Positions 22,490-36,153 of a stretch of 64,000 nt of DNA are shown here, in pieces. Each line of letters opens with the position of its first letter. Within the stretch, counting starts at the first letter, position 1. Source of the stretch: Raja brachyura (lineage: Eukaryota). The position numbers and the translations under genes were made by a program. The stretch covers positions 79,050,001 to 79,114,000 of the forward strand of contig OY740783.1 in NCBI GenBank assembly GCA_963514005.1, given 5' to 3'. The notes beneath the pieces are model-generated. The model was not told where the DNA came from, did no database searches, and saw only the letters and a list, made by a program, of their open reading frames with translations.

Positions 22490-23580
22490 AAACTGCACAT
22501 AAATCTGTGGGAAGTGTGCCCAGGTGCAGCCCCTTGCAGACCATGTTAGGGAAATTGAGCTGCTGCTGGACAACCTCTAGATCGTCTGAAAGAATGAGAG
22601 CTTCATAGATAGTAGTTGTAGCAATGTGGTCACGCTTATGGAACATGAAGAAAGTAGGTGTGTGACCAGGAGTAGACATAGAGTGCAGGAGACCCCGTGG
22701 CCATTTCCTTTAAAAAAATATGCGTACCCTTTTGTATACAGATGAGGGAGAATGGCCCGTCAGGGGTGAGCAGCAGCAGCAATTAGGTCTGGCTCTGATG
22801 CACAACGGAAAGGGTAATGACAAACAGAGCCATAGTGGCAGCAGACTTGTTTGTTAAGGGGACCGATAGGAGATTCTACAGCAGCAACCAAGACTCCAGG
22901 ATGGTGTGTTGCCTCCCTGTTTGTGGGTCCAAGCTGTCTTAGAGTGGCTGCATGACATTCTAAAGGAGGAGGATGAGCAGCCAGAAGTTGTTGTTCATGC
23001 TGGTACAAATGACATGGGCACGAAAACGGTTTAGGTCCTGCAAAGTGAATATAGGAAGTTTAGGCAAAAGGTTAAAAATCATGACCTCCAGAGTAGTGAT
23101 CTTTGGATTACTCCAGGTGCCATGTGCTAGTGAGGGTAGGAACAGGAAGATGGGACAAATGAATGCATAGCTGAGAAGTTGATGCAGGGGAAAGGATTCA
23201 GATTTTTGGACCATTGACATCTCTTCTAGGGCAGAGCTTACATGTACAAGAGCAATAAGTTGCATCTAAACAGAAGGGGAACCAATATCCTGGCCGGCAT
23301 GTTTGCTAGTGGTACACGGGTGGGTTTAAACTGGATTGGCAGGAGAGCTAGATCCATTTCAGTTCTGAGATTGGTGAGAAGTTGGAAGTCAGTGAGGAAG
23401 ATATTCAAAACAAGTTCAGTGGACAGGATAGGCAGGAGCATGGCAGGGAGTGAGGAATGACTATTGGATTGAATTACATTTAATCCAACAATGGGTAAAA
23501 TGGATGACCTCAGGGTGTGGATAAGGTCTATGAAACTGGGGTGTAAGAGCTGTCATAAAAACCTGGCTAACATAGGGACA
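22490..23580 (+). mobile_element. Decayed CR1 LINE 5' part (ORF1 zinc-finger and SGNH esterase, start of ORF2)
   Basis: Fragmentary translations ICGKC, DSRMVCCL, VVVHAGTND, LHLNRRGTNILAG typical of CR1 ORF1. Confidence 0.75.
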
Positions 23581-24329
23581 AGAGGGGTGCGCATCTCACA
23601 CAATGCTTTGAAACTCGTGGGTGGCAAAATATTGTTGCTGGGGCAAAAAGGGACCTTGCATAAGCTTGACATGGGATGCTGAGCAGACCCATCTGGGCCA
23701 TTTCTGGTACTAAAGAGTTGAGGCTAATGATGCTTTGGTGATAGAAATTCCCTTCAGAACAAAATAAATCCCACTAAGGACTGCAGGTGCTTTTGATTTT
23801 ACTTTACTTATTTATGCTGGCAGTGGCTCTTTCATTAATTTTTAATCAGCAACTGCTTAAAAGTGATTTGTATGGAAAGCCATAACTGCAGCCAAACCAC
23901 TTATCCCGTAATTATCCGGATAACTGCTCTGATCCGGTGGCAACATGGTGCTGGTGAAAACATAAAGAATCATTTTTGCAGCAAAAGACCAATATAATCC
24001 ATCAAACCAGATTATTTGTAGATGACATGTGGCCACTAGTCTCTATCAAACAAAGCTTTACATTTTTCCTATCAACATTAATATCATAGACACATATTTA
24101 ATTTACATTTGGAGTTTGCTCATGGGGACAGTCCACTGTTTGCAAGTCATTTATGTTAATGCAAGGGTCCTGTTGCAGACAAAAATATCAAATGAATATG
24201 TCCAGGATAGTAAATTCCTCAAACCATTCTCTAGCCATTCCTGTTTGATTAATAGGTTGCCAGGTAACAATGTCAACTTTTGCAATCATCAGATTGACTT
24301 TGGGGATGTAGAAAGATTAAGTGGACAGG

Positions 24330-24690
24330 TGGACAGGGATGAGTTTGGAAGAACATAGTTGGGAGTTTTCCTTGAAATGGTACCAGCCAGGGTACATGCA
24401 TGGGTGATGTTTCCCCTGAGGGAGCTGTCTAGCAGCAGGGGCATGGTATCAGGACAGAATGAAAATACATGTATTTGCCCAGAATGCAGTGAATCGTTGG
24501 AGTTCTCCACTTGAGGGCAGTGGAGACTTAGTCAAGGTATACGTTCCAGATGGAAATCAATAGATTATTAGAAATTAAGGGACACAAGGGATGTGGAATA
24601 AATGTAAGAAAGGTTAACCAAGGTCTTACGAGTGGCAGTGACAGCTCAAGGGAGCTGAATACCCTATTCCAATATTTTTATGTTGTTATC
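24330..24690 (+). mobile_element. Old CR1 LINE 3' fragment
   Basis: Degenerate match to the CR1 3' end (gggcagtggagactta...gctcaagggagctgaat). Confidence 0.6.
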
Positions 24691-24702
24691 AAATAAATCT
24701 TA

Positions 24703-24920
24703 GCAGGCCCGTAAGAAGCATTTCAAAAATGGGGGCTGGCATGATAGGATTACAAAAATATTATGTGAAATAATGTGGGCGTAGTGCACATCACAAGCTC
24801 GAAGTTCAAAGTCCCTCGTGGCCAGGGTCCAGGGCCCGCTTGGGGCCCTTGAAGCTCTTGGGTTTTAGATGCTCTCTGGTGCATTCTGAGCCTTCTTTTG
24901 GTGCATTTTTGCACCACATT
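24703..24920 (+). mobile_element. Possible hAT-type DNA transposon end fragment
   Basis: Starts CAGGCCCGTA (hAT-like terminus); GC-rich hairpin ccagggcccgcttggggcccttg; second end not found. Confidence 0.3.
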
Positions 24921-25543
24921 TATGACCAATATTTCAGAAATAATTTTGGCTGAGTCAAGAGTAATGGGTGGGTGGAATGTGATGATTGGGGTCATTGTTG
25001 TATACATTTTTTTTAAATCAAGAATTGAGTTGTCCTTGTTTTAATAAGCAAGTTGTACTGTTGTAAAATGTTATGTAAAATGTTATAAAGGAGCATGCAA
25101 AAACTGCAAATAAAATAATGTAAGTTTTTGCAGTAAAGAAAACCTTAAAAAAAAACTTTAAATCACATCAATTTCAACATGGAATAGTGATGTGAATATA
25201 ACATTTAGTTCGACTTCAATTTCCACCATGAAAATCACAAATCATATTTAAATTCTCAAACAGAATGTGATTGTGAATAATTGCAGAGCAGCCAAGTTTC
25301 ACAGAGCATTTCCGTATTTTGATGGCTGAAAATCAGTATTTTGTTGGGGAAATCGGTATATCTCACGTATATGCAATAGATCATACTACACAGAAACTGG
25401 ATTTTTGAAAATCAGTATTTTCCATGCAACTGCATGTATTCTCAAATATCAGTATGGAATACTGAAAAGCAGTTCTACTGAATTGTGAAACCATTTTTGA
25501 AATGTTAATTTATAATTCTTGATTTTGATTCAATCATTTCTTA

Positions 25544-26335
25544 TCTTATACACTTAAAACTCTGATCTTGGATGTGTGTGTGTATAATCACGTCTGCTCA
25601 TAAAAGCGATGTCCTAACGATAACATTTTAATATATTCCGATAGAGATATATCCCGTGGACTCCGAAATTGCCTCATCTGAAAAATGCGTGCATTATTTC
25701 TCGAGTTATTAATCAATGTTCACAAATCTGAAAGAACTTAGAAAATAAAACCGAACGGCTTTGGCTGATGACGTCACAACGGCTGCACGCTGTGTTCACG
25801 AGCTGTGAGTGACGTCGCCCTGCCGCGCCGCTCACAAGCCCAGCTCGGGTGTTCACAAATCTGAAAGACCTTTGAGAAAACCCCGCTGTCTTCTTGCGCG
25901 TGTTGTGAGTGACATCAGCCCCCAGACCACTCCCCCCCCCCCCCCCCCCGTTCTCAGGCCCTGCCTGGAGCCTGCAGCGAAGGAGCCAGCAGCGGGGGAG
26001 TATTGCTTTTGTGAACCAGCCCTCCCCTCTGATGATGCACCCCCCCACCCCTCAAACTCTACCCCCTCCCTCTCTGTCCCCCTCACACTCCCTCTCTGCC
26101 CCCCACACTTCCCATGGGGGCAACTGGTCAGGGGACGGGTGCATTTTGCAGCCTGGAGCGAGGAGGTATTGTGTTCGGGAACCAGCCCTCCCTTGTGACA
26201 ACACCTCCTCCCTCCCCCTCTCCCCCCCCCTCCCCCCCCTCCCCCCCTCCCCCCTCCCCCCCCCCTCGCGAGTTGTGGGCTATGCATGAGTGGATAGGGT
26301 GGGGGATGGGGTAAAAGGAGAATTAATAATATTAG
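25544..26335 (+). mobile_element. Possible non-autonomous Helitron-like repeat (3' end missing)
   Basis: A|TC start followed by a TA-rich stretch and (GT)n, CpG-rich interior, poly-C tracts, internal duplication TGTTCACAAATCTGAAAGA. No CTAG 3' end seen. Confidence 0.3.
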
Positions 26336-26635
26336 CATTTTCTGTTATTATTCTTTGCATGTTATTTCCAAACTCATCTTAATATATAAAAAACAAATGT
26401 TACATGAGCTCTGAGAGTTTCTCATGATATAGTAAAATTATCATTGCTGATAACAAATTCAAAGCATAAAACATTAAATGTATTCATTGTAATTTTCTCT
26501 CATAAATATTTTAAAATGTAATAGATTTCCAAATACACACAAAATTAATTTTGAATAAGAACAAAAGAAAAGCTGGAAATATTAAGCAGGTTAGGCAACA
26601 TTCTGCGGGGAAAGAATTAAAGTTAACATTTCAAG

Positions 26636-27402
26636 CAAGTTCAAGTTACATTTATTGTCACATGCACTAATTGATACAGTGAGATTTGAGTTGCCAGACA
26701 GCAATACAAATAAAAAAGAACACAATATACACGATAGAATTTAACATGACCAACACCTACAGTGGAATCACCCATGGTCGGGGCCTTTGAGCCCTTCGCA
26801 ATCGCTGCTACGGACGGCCCGATGTTCAGCCCTCTCGCTGGGATGCTCGAAACTCCGGCATCGGAATGGAATGGAACACACTCAGCAGCTTGGAGTTTCC
26901 GAATCGGCCGCTTCCTCCCGGAGACCGCGGCTTCTGAAGTCCGCGTGCTGAGCTAGACGGAGCTCCAACACTGGCAACCCTCGGCAAAAGATCCCAGGCC
27001 TCCGCAATATTAAAATCAGCGCCGTGCCTGCGGCTGGAAGCTCCGCAGAGCACAGCTCCACGACACTCCGACAAGGGATCAGCTGCTCCGCAATGGAATT
27101 GAGTGCTGCACCCATTGCTGAAGCTCTGGGCCGTCTCTGGTAGGAAAGGCTGCACCAATTCAGTTGGTAGGCTGCAAGGTGGGGGCGAAGATGCGACAGA
27201 GAAAAGACGCATCTCCGTCAAGGTAAGTGACTGGGAAACGGTTTCCCACTATTTCTCCCCCCCCACCCCCTCCCCACCGCCCCCCACATAAAAAGACTAA
27301 GAAACTTTAAAACATACATTTAGACACACTAAAAATAACAAAAAGGGTGAAAGGTCTAACAGCTGCTGGCGAGGCTGCCATTACGGTGGTGCCACCCGAT
27401 GG
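26636..27402 (-). mobile_element. Non-autonomous retroposon with Rex1-like 3' tail and GC-rich body, copy A
   Basis: Minus strand ends gtgacaataaatgtaacttgaacttg; homologous blocks with 52226-53947. Confidence 0.65.
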
Positions 27403-29700
27403 ATATCCGATAAGTACAGTATATGACCCATGATCAGAATAGTTTTAAAAAAATACGAGCTTATATCCAAGTTTGTTTCAAGTTGTGGGGACTAGGGGGA
27501 GGGGATGGGGGTGTGCAGAAAGTACAAGAAGCCTGTGATAATGCAAAGACCAACGTTGTTCAGATTATTTCCCTTGGTCATCCAAGAGAAATGCATATTT
27601 GTAAATTATAGTTTGGATGAGTGTAATTTGTACATTTGATATTTCAAGTCTTTAAATATATTACACGGTCAAATTCTCAATTTCAATCAGTGAAATATTT
27701 TAAGTATTACTTAAGTTGTGATTTTTCCTTCCTGATTTAAGTTGTGAGAGCACCACAGTACCTGCACATCAGGAATCCTCTAAAGCTAATACTGCTCTCG
27801 AAGTAGGAGAAAATTGAGTTCTCTCCCCAGAGAGTGCTGAGAGTTAGTAGAGAGCTTTAAACTCAGCGATGAGAGTCCTTGTATCTCCACTGATTGCCAA
27901 TTCAGTGTCATTAAAGAGCTAGCATATTTTGACCCCCAACCATTTTTAGTGTACAAAGCTTGATCAGTCAAAAAAGGCAGGCAGCAGATTTCACGTGAAG
28001 ATTCTACGTTTGTTTTGCAGTTTTGTGAATTTGATAATGTGAATTATCCGATTTAAAAATAAAAAATTGTGTTTTTGTTGGAGCAGCGGCCATATGATTT
28101 TACATCCGTTCAGGTTCATCTAATCTGTATTACTCTGTCACCTTTGTCACTTGGAAAAAATGATAGGCTTCCTCTCTCCGAGCTCAGCATATTAGTTCAA
28201 ACCCACATCCTGCATGCTGATCTTAATGCAGGCCCCTAAACAACTCAGACAATTGTTAATGCTGGATGCAAATATGAACAACCAGATGTTATAAATAATG
28301 AAAGGCTGGCAGTAATTGTGTATTCGGTTTCCAAGTATGTTCAGAAAGTAATTTGTACCCACACTTATGGGCATTATCAAAATGAAGTAAAATAAAATGT
28401 ACTCGCCATGCTGCGAAGTACCTTATTAGCCTATAGACTACATTATAAAATGAAATTCTCTGATGTATCAATTTCATTTAGGGATATTAAAACTTTCCTA
28501 CTCTGCAGCACTTTATCAAACAATAAATTGTTGCAAGAAGCCCAAAAATGTTTCTTAAAGGCACTATTCAGCTTTAATATGTATGTTTCGCACTGACACA
28601 GATTTCTGTGTTCTTTCAACTAAGGCAGAATGTAACTTTTTTTTCCATAATTTTTTTTTGTGTGAAGGTTACCAGTTCTACTTGATGTACAGACTAGATT
28701 TATAAATCAAACTACATTTCAGCCCTTTGGCAAAAGCCAAATGCTGAATACGTTTGAAGACAACGTAAAGGGCAGTGTGGTGGGCAGATCATATTGCACG
28801 TTGAAATGTCCGCAGTCCCAATGATCCTCCACAGACCCTGTTCCGAAGGTCGATCAAAACTTGATGGTGAAAAACCAAGAATGATCAAGAAAGAGAAGTC
28901 AGATGGTGCATTGTCAGGCCAACATTCTGCTCAAGCTGATGGCAGGTTCAGACTCCTATTGTCACAGCCTGACAGCTGGTCACCATATGCCTGCCCTTCT
29001 CACTATAATCCATGCTTGGCTCAGAGCCCATTTTAATCCTGCTCACAAGGCAGTGAGCGGACAGTTAAAAATCACCAAAGGTGCTTACAGACCGAGGTGA
29101 CAACTTTCTCCCCCACAGACTCCAGGCTCAACCTGTCCGGCCGAGCAGGAAGCATTGACACTTCCTGCCTGGCTAGTTTATTTTCTATAGACGCAATTCA
29201 AGTACCAAGGGCATAGGTGGGTTGAGCAGGTTTCACATGGCCTGGGTAGCGAAGGCATTGCTGTGTTAATGCACTGAGTTCCAGAAGCAGAATTAGCTGT
29301 GCACGGGGCATTTAGGCACATACAACAAGGGCCTATTTTTATCCAGCTTTCCAACTCAATAAATGTTGCCTGAACCGGTTAATATTTGCAGAAATGTATT
29401 TTAACTTTCAGACAATAAAAGCCTTTACTTTTATTTCTCATCAGAACAATGAAGTCACAAGTCATTTGCCATCCATCCTTGGTAGCAGAGAATGCACCAA
29501 AACAGGAAAAGGACAAGGAAGTTTATCTGCACCCAACTGAAAGTCAAACAAATGTTCCAAAACTCAATATAAATTGTGGAATGTGTTTTTCCACCACTTA
29601 TGTCAAATTGTAACCTGAAAAAAAAATCACAAAATATCAATCTTCATAAGTAGGATCCCACCCAAGTATTTTTCTCCAAGCTCCTGGAAAGGGCATTTTA

Positions 29701-29853
29701 GTTGTAGGAAGGAACTGCAGATGCTGGTTTAAATCGAAGATAGTCCCAAAATGCTGGAGTGACTCGGCAGGACAGGCAGCATCTCTGGAGAGAATGAATG
29801 GGTGACGTTTGGGCACGAGACCCTTCTTCAGACTGATGTCAGGGGAGTGGGCC
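29701..29853 (-). mobile_element. Penelope terminal fragment with hammerhead motif
   Basis: Minus strand CTGAAGAAGGGTCTCGTGCCCAAACGTCACC; TSD GGCATTTTA (29692-29700, 29854-29862). Confidence 0.8.
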
Positions 29854-30074
29854 GGCATTTTATTTAATCAATTTCAGTATCAGGATGGCATTCCTCATTC
29901 TTGCTTCCTTCACAGAGGCAGACAGGCACTCATCATGATAAGTTGTTGCAAACAACAATAGACAATATCCACAAGATGAGATGGCATTAAAACTGTTATG
30001 ATTAGTCATTAATTCATTTTTATTAATCTTACCCTGATTCCATTATATTCTTAAATATTCCCATCAACAGCTCA

Positions 30075-30275
30075 CAGATTCTACCACTCGCCAACAGATC
30101 AGGGCAATTTACAGTGGTCAATGAACTCGGGGTGTGGGAGGGGACTGGTACACCCAATGTAAACCTACACAATTACAGGTAGAATATACAAACAGCGCAC
30201 AACTCCAGCAATGCAGGTTCAATCCTGACCTCCAGTACCAGCTGTGAGGCCAGCAGTTCAACCTGCCGTGTCACA
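30075..30275 (-). mobile_element. Degenerate V-SINE
   Basis: gggcaatttacagtggtcaat...gtgggagg...acacaattacagg matches the SINE family on the minus strand. Confidence 0.5.
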
Positions 30276-30469
30276 TAATTGTTGGGTTGCCCATATCGAG
30301 TATTGTTTTTATGTCATGCAATATATCCTTCCTTTAATAATCAAAAGTAAAAATAAACATCTGAAATAACTGCTCATTTTTTGGGGACTATACTTTAACA
30401 CATGGTCTTTCAGATATTGGGTTTGGTTGAGTGTTCTTGCATATCTGTCCGTAGTAGAAAGTTCAGTAA

Positions 30470-31268
30470 AATGGTGCCTGGATCACGGCCTTTCCCTTAA
30501 TGCCAGCAAGACAAAGGAGCTGGTTATTGACAGGAAATGATGCAGTGTACATACCCCAATCAATGGTGTCAAAGGGGAAGTGGTCCAGTGCTTCAAGTTC
30601 TGAGACATAAATATCAACAATAATTTGTCTATGGGCATTAAAGAGCACCAATGCCTCTACTTCCTCAGACAACTAAGGACATTTGGCATGTGTCCAACAA
30701 ACATTAACTTCTACAAATACATTGTAAAAGCATCCTATTGCAATGCATCACAGCTTGGCATGGCAACAATGCTGCTTAAGTCTGCAAGAAATTGCAGAGA
30801 GTTGTAGATGTAGCCCAGTCCATCACACAAATGAGCTTCACTTTCAACAATCGCATTACATTTCATACTGCCTCAGGAAAGCAGCCAACATAATTAAGGA
30901 ACAATTACACCCAGATCGTTCCCACTTCTCCTCTATTCCGCTGCGTAGAAGATACCAACCTTTGAAAGCACATACCACCAGGTTCATGAACAGCTTCTTT
31001 CCCACTGTTATCAGATTACTGAACAGTCCTCCCCTAAACTAAGAGTCTAGTCTGGAGCTCTCAACCAACCTCATTGCAGCCCTTGCACTTTTTATTATCT
31101 GCACTAGTCTCTGTAATTGCAACTGTACATTCTTACTCTGTTTTTATTCTTTGCACTATCTCTGAACTCATATAGCTTGATTGTACTCCTGTACAGTATA
31201 ATTTCACTGAATAGCAGACAAACAAACATTTAAACTCTATATTGATACACATGACAATAAACCAATTA
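30470..31268 (+). mobile_element. Rex1/Babar LINE 3' fragment
   Basis: LNASKTKELVID, HQCLYFLRQLRTFG, RRYQPLKAHTTRFMNSFFPTVIRLLN; tail atgacaataaaccaattac. Confidence 0.85.
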
Positions 31269-33229
31269 CAATATCTTGGGTTGCATCTATGACCCTTTGG
31301 TGACCTATACATTTCTTTCGCTGCAAAGTTCGCAGTGCACCCATTGGGATCTCCACACATTTCCATCCAACAAGCCACTTTGGTCTTCCTGAGACAGCAC
31401 TTATTCCACTGAAATTGGACACCCTCTTCTGTCATGACCTTTTATAATCTGAAGTGTGGTGCTCCTTGACTCGGAAAGACCAGAGCCTTCTTGCATGACT
31501 GATGTCAATCTGAAGTAAGCTTTATTGCTGTTTCTAGCATCCGTTCTGTTCTTGGGAATCAAAGTTCTTCTGCTCAAAACTCCTGGCCAAGGTGCTTCAT
31601 CTTCCTCGGTGGAATATTGCAGAAGTCTAGAATGCTCAAAATAAGGTCCTAACAATGAAGACCTACCCCTCTTCAGTGGTATCTTATCTACCAGCAGTGG
31701 ACCTAGTTCATTCACTATATTGTAAAAAGTGAGCCGATGATACCTGGTAATCAAACTAGCATAGCCAAGATTACTTTGCCGATTGTCTACCGTAAACCTT
31801 TGTTCATGACAGGTGTCAATACTTGAAATATCTGCCCAAATGTACTTTAAGGTCGCAAATGATTATTAATAATTGAATGAGTGTGCTCTTGGTCTATCTC
31901 CCCAAACATTTAAAAGTATCCAACTGTCACAAAATAAATTTTCCCACATCACTGAAACCGATCAAACTCAGCTGAGGCCCAGAGTCTTCTCAAAACTTAA
32001 CAACAGTGAAGCCTTTCCTTTGGGTTCCCCCATTATCTTGTTCAACGTTGTCCATTAGAAACTTGCACTTTTTCTGCAGAAACAACCATTCTCTCTCAGG
32101 TATAAGGAACAAACATAATTGATCATGGTGTTTCTTGGTAGGTTGGATCTTTTTGCATCTGTTCCCAGTTCATCTCTGCATGAAACTGTGGTATGACTAA
32201 CAGGGTCAACCAGACACTATGTTTCTTTCCATCCTATCTGAATCCCTTGCAGAGACACCAAATGCATCATCATGCCTGTTAACCTTCTGTATCAACAGCT
32301 GAAAGATTTGAAGATGTTGTACTATCTTGACCCTGTCAAACCCAGTATCCTCAGCATCTCTTTTGCCCTTGAGATAGGGTAGGTTGAATGGGCAAACTAC
32401 ATTATTTCCCTTTGCTTGAACATTATCAACTATTCAGATTGTATGCTTGCATCTTCACAAGCATTCTGTCTGGTTTTGCCTCTGGACTAACGTAACAGCA
32501 ATGATCGTGAGGTCTTGCAATCAGTGTGTGCACATATCATTCTGCCTCTGTACAGGAGAAACATTGCCAGTGTAAAGGCTACGGCAAGTATCTATTATAA
32601 TTCATCTCTGTGCCTGTCAGAGCTCTGCTCATGTATCTAATTGGCTGACCTTCCTGCAAGATTGTTATGCCAAGAGCCTTTTCTAAGGAGTCTGTCTGCA
32701 ATCTCACCTCTTACGTATCACCCAGGTTAATTCTGTTTTATTCTTTGTTTGTGAGATGTTGCTGGTGTTTACTCTGCATTCATAATTACCCTTGAACTGA
32801 AGAGGCAGTTAAGAATCAATGACAGAGAATGGGCCTGGACAGCCACAAATAGTGGACGAGGCAAGGGTAACAAATTTTACTCCCTTTCACTCCATTAGTC
32901 TCAGGTTTACCATTAATGATGCCATTTTTTTTCTAAATTCTAAATTTGTTTAATTACTTAAATGTACACCTCCAGACTGCCATGAGGGATTCAAACTCGT
33001 GTTGCTTCAATAACTGGCTAAGAACTCAGGTTCATTCCTTTACCATAAGGTTATTGATCCTCACAGGCTTTTTCTTTTTGACCCGGTTGACTATTTGTCA
33101 GATCAGCACAATGTCATATCCTTCTTAGTGAACATCTCATCCAGATAGAGCGCAGACTTTTTCCACATAGTTGATGAATTCCAGAAAGCATTGTATTCTC
33201 ATAAAATCTGATGTGCATGCTCTATATTG

Positions 33230-33292
33230 TGTATATATATATAGATATATATAGTTATAGATATATAGCGAGAGAGAGACGATATATATATA
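33230..33292. repeat. (TA)n/(GA)n microsatellite
   Basis: Direct inspection. Confidence 0.8.
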
Positions 33293-33589
33293 AATCAACT
33301 CAAGAATCTAAACTTTCATTCAGACCTAAACTTTGTTCATCCTTCTCTGAAGACTAATATAACATAAGCTATGTTCTTTACTCACTGATACCTCCAAATC
33401 CAACATCCATCCTTCACGAGGCTCGTAGTGCTGTGTGGATTCATGATGGCATTCTTCTTTATTGAGCATTGACAAAGGTTAAATATGGGCTCTCCTCAAA
33501 CTAAATGTCCCGGTTAAAAAAAGCTTTGCAGCTTAATCCCACATTTCAGTTCACAACTTTTAAAGAACAAACCTGAATTTTTTTTTAAT

Positions 33590-34175
33590 GCGATAAGAGT
33601 TACTGTCTCTGCTACACGTGCCTGACACCCATCACCCTCTGAGTGAAACATTTTCAATTGCTTCTTCTCTAATCCTTCTACCAATTACTTTAAATCTATG
33701 TCCTCTGGCTTTTGACATAATGACTAAAGGAAATGGGTCTTTCCTAGAATTTTTCTCTCAATCCCTCATCATTTCCTCAGTCTTCTTCATTTCAATGAAA
33801 ACATCCCCAACATATTCAAGCATTGTTCATTGCTAAACATTTTGAGCTCTGCTTCCTTATGAGCCCAGGTGTTCTGGGGGTGGGGGGAGGGTGAGAGACA
33901 GAGGCAGGAGTAGGGACACAGACACGCAGCGTCGCAGAGAGAGAGAGAGAGGGGGAAGGGAGTAGCTACAATGCCGACCTAATTAACCCATTCTCTTCCA
34001 AATGGGAGTGGATCTTATCCCAAAGAATCCTCTCCAATATATTCCATATCACTGACATGAGGCTCACCAACCTATAATCCTCTGGATTCTCTCCATGTCC
34101 TTTCCTAAACAAAGGAGCAACATTGGCTACTCTCCAGTCTTCAAGGACCTTGCCTGTGGCCAGAGAAGACGCAAG
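33590..34175 (-). mobile_element. Decayed CR1 LINE fragments
   Basis: accctctgagtgaaacatttt (3' region) and cctaaacaaaggagcaacattggctactctccagtct (RT region) in reverse orientation. Confidence 0.55.
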
Positions 34176-35144
34176 GATCGCATATCCCGCTCATGCCTAA
34201 CCTGATCTGTGACCACAAAATATTGACACAACACAACATAAGTAGAAAAATATATTCTGTATTCCACACTAAGATTATTTACACTGACAGTTACTGGGCA
34301 TATCCAGACCAGTTACTAAAGATAGTAAGCATCTCTGGTTCTCACCAATGAAAAGAAACCCAAATCCCAAGATCGTTTCTGTCTGCTATATCTTGTGGAA
34401 TCAAAGAGGCAGTTGTCATCAACATATTAAACACATGTCATTTGACTGGATTACTGCTGTGCATCCCAACTGCCAATCTCCCAGTGTCCTTCCTGTAAAT
34501 GCACCACATTCCTGGTTGTTCTTTATTTCCCTCAATATGCTGCACTGATATCCAACAGATTCATTTCATTTAGATAAAGTCCACTTATATCAATCAAATT
34601 TAAAAACAAAACCAATTGTATTTTGGTACAATTTAGCTATTGAAGTAAAATGAACAATTAATTACATAATGTCTATGTTGTCAGAAATTAAGAACTTTGG
34701 CTGCAGCCGGATAAAACCAATCTTACCACAGGTCAATGCTTCATGCCTTGACTTCCAACCCTGAATCAGTTTAAAACCAATGTTCGTGTTAAATTTTGAC
34801 AGTACCATTTTGCAATTTAACACCTATACTCCAGTTACCACAGTGCCGGGGCATTTAGTTTGTTTAGAAACTGTTGCTAGTTTTCACCTTTTTTTAATAT
34901 AAATGTTATTTAGATTTCAAACAACATTATAACATGGCCTTTGAAACTGTTAATACGAGCAATGGATATGGAGGGGGAAAGTTATAGCTCAGGGCTACCA
35001 TTCCATTGGTTTTATTTTTTTATAAAATGAGAGGTGTATACAGCCATTTTCCATTGGAATCAATGGAAAGGCAATGCACTGGAGAGTAAAAAAGAGCACA
35101 ATGTAAAACCAATAGCTTTCCCAGCAATTTGTAAATAGTCAAAT

Positions 35145-36153
35145 TAGCAATGTTACAAAATTTTGAGATTTAAAAAATCAAGTCTGCAATTTATCCCATC
35201 AGATAAAGCATAAAAAGAAGTTTAATTTGACACCTAATTTACTTTCATATCTTCAGTATTAAGAAAGTTATGGCCATTTTCATACTCGGAAATTAGCATC
35301 TTGCTCCCCATTGCCTTTCAATTGACTTAACTCAAAAGCTGTGATCTGGAAAAGTTAAAAGCCCATAACTTTCTTAAAAATTAGGATAACTCAATGAAAT
35401 TTTCCGTTATTATAGATTGAAGCATTCTGAAACAAATATGAAACAATCTTACTTGGATGACCTGAAATTAAAGCATATAATTAGTTAGTTATCTAATTGT
35501 AGCTAATTACAAAATTCAATGAGTAGCTCTAAACATCTATCAATTTCTTAAGAAAAGATAAACTTTTTTAAAATTGCCTAAGTGTCCAAATAACATTCAC
35601 ACAATAATCCACAATATAACATAATTTTTAAATCTCATTTTCATGAATTTCTGGGCCAAATGGAAGCAATTTAGTGTTTGATTCCTGTAAATTAATGGCC
35701 ATTTAAATCAACTAGCGAGTGGGTTGGAACGTTGCGGTTAGCGGTGAAGTCGGGAGGAAAAATATTGTTTGTTCATACATTTTTTGGGATCCCATTTAAT
35801 CATGCAACATAATATTATTAAAGCCTCCCGAAAAACCAACTTTTAATATAAAAATAAACGATTTACCTTTTTTCTCCCCTACGCAAAATCCTTCCGGTTA
35901 TCGGCGCTCACGGCTTTTGAAGGTGATTTTTAAATTACTCTAGTTAATAAATAATTTAGAGTAATTTAAAAATACCTTCATTCATGAAATGTCGGAACGA
36001 TTTTTCTTCCACAACGAAATCGCCCGACATGGATCGATTTTCCAGGTCTGTTGAAAAACGGCACTTTAAGCCCGCCCCCCTCTGAAAGGCGCCAAACTCG
36101 TGCACACCGGCAGAACTGCAGCGCTGCTCAAGGTAGGTTTTGCAACATATCTA
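35145..36153 (-). mobile_element. Non-autonomous DNA transposon, 7-bp TSD, copy 1
   Basis: Termini TAGCAATGTTACAAAA / TTTTGCAACATATCTA; TSD GTCAAAT (35138-35144, 36154-36160); inverted homolog of 52290-53296. Confidence 0.88.

Noticed and set aside
25713-26338. Overlapping Pro/Gly-rich ORFs and CpG-island-like patch
   Set aside because: Explained by poly-C tracts in a GC-rich repeat; no evidence for a promoter or protein.
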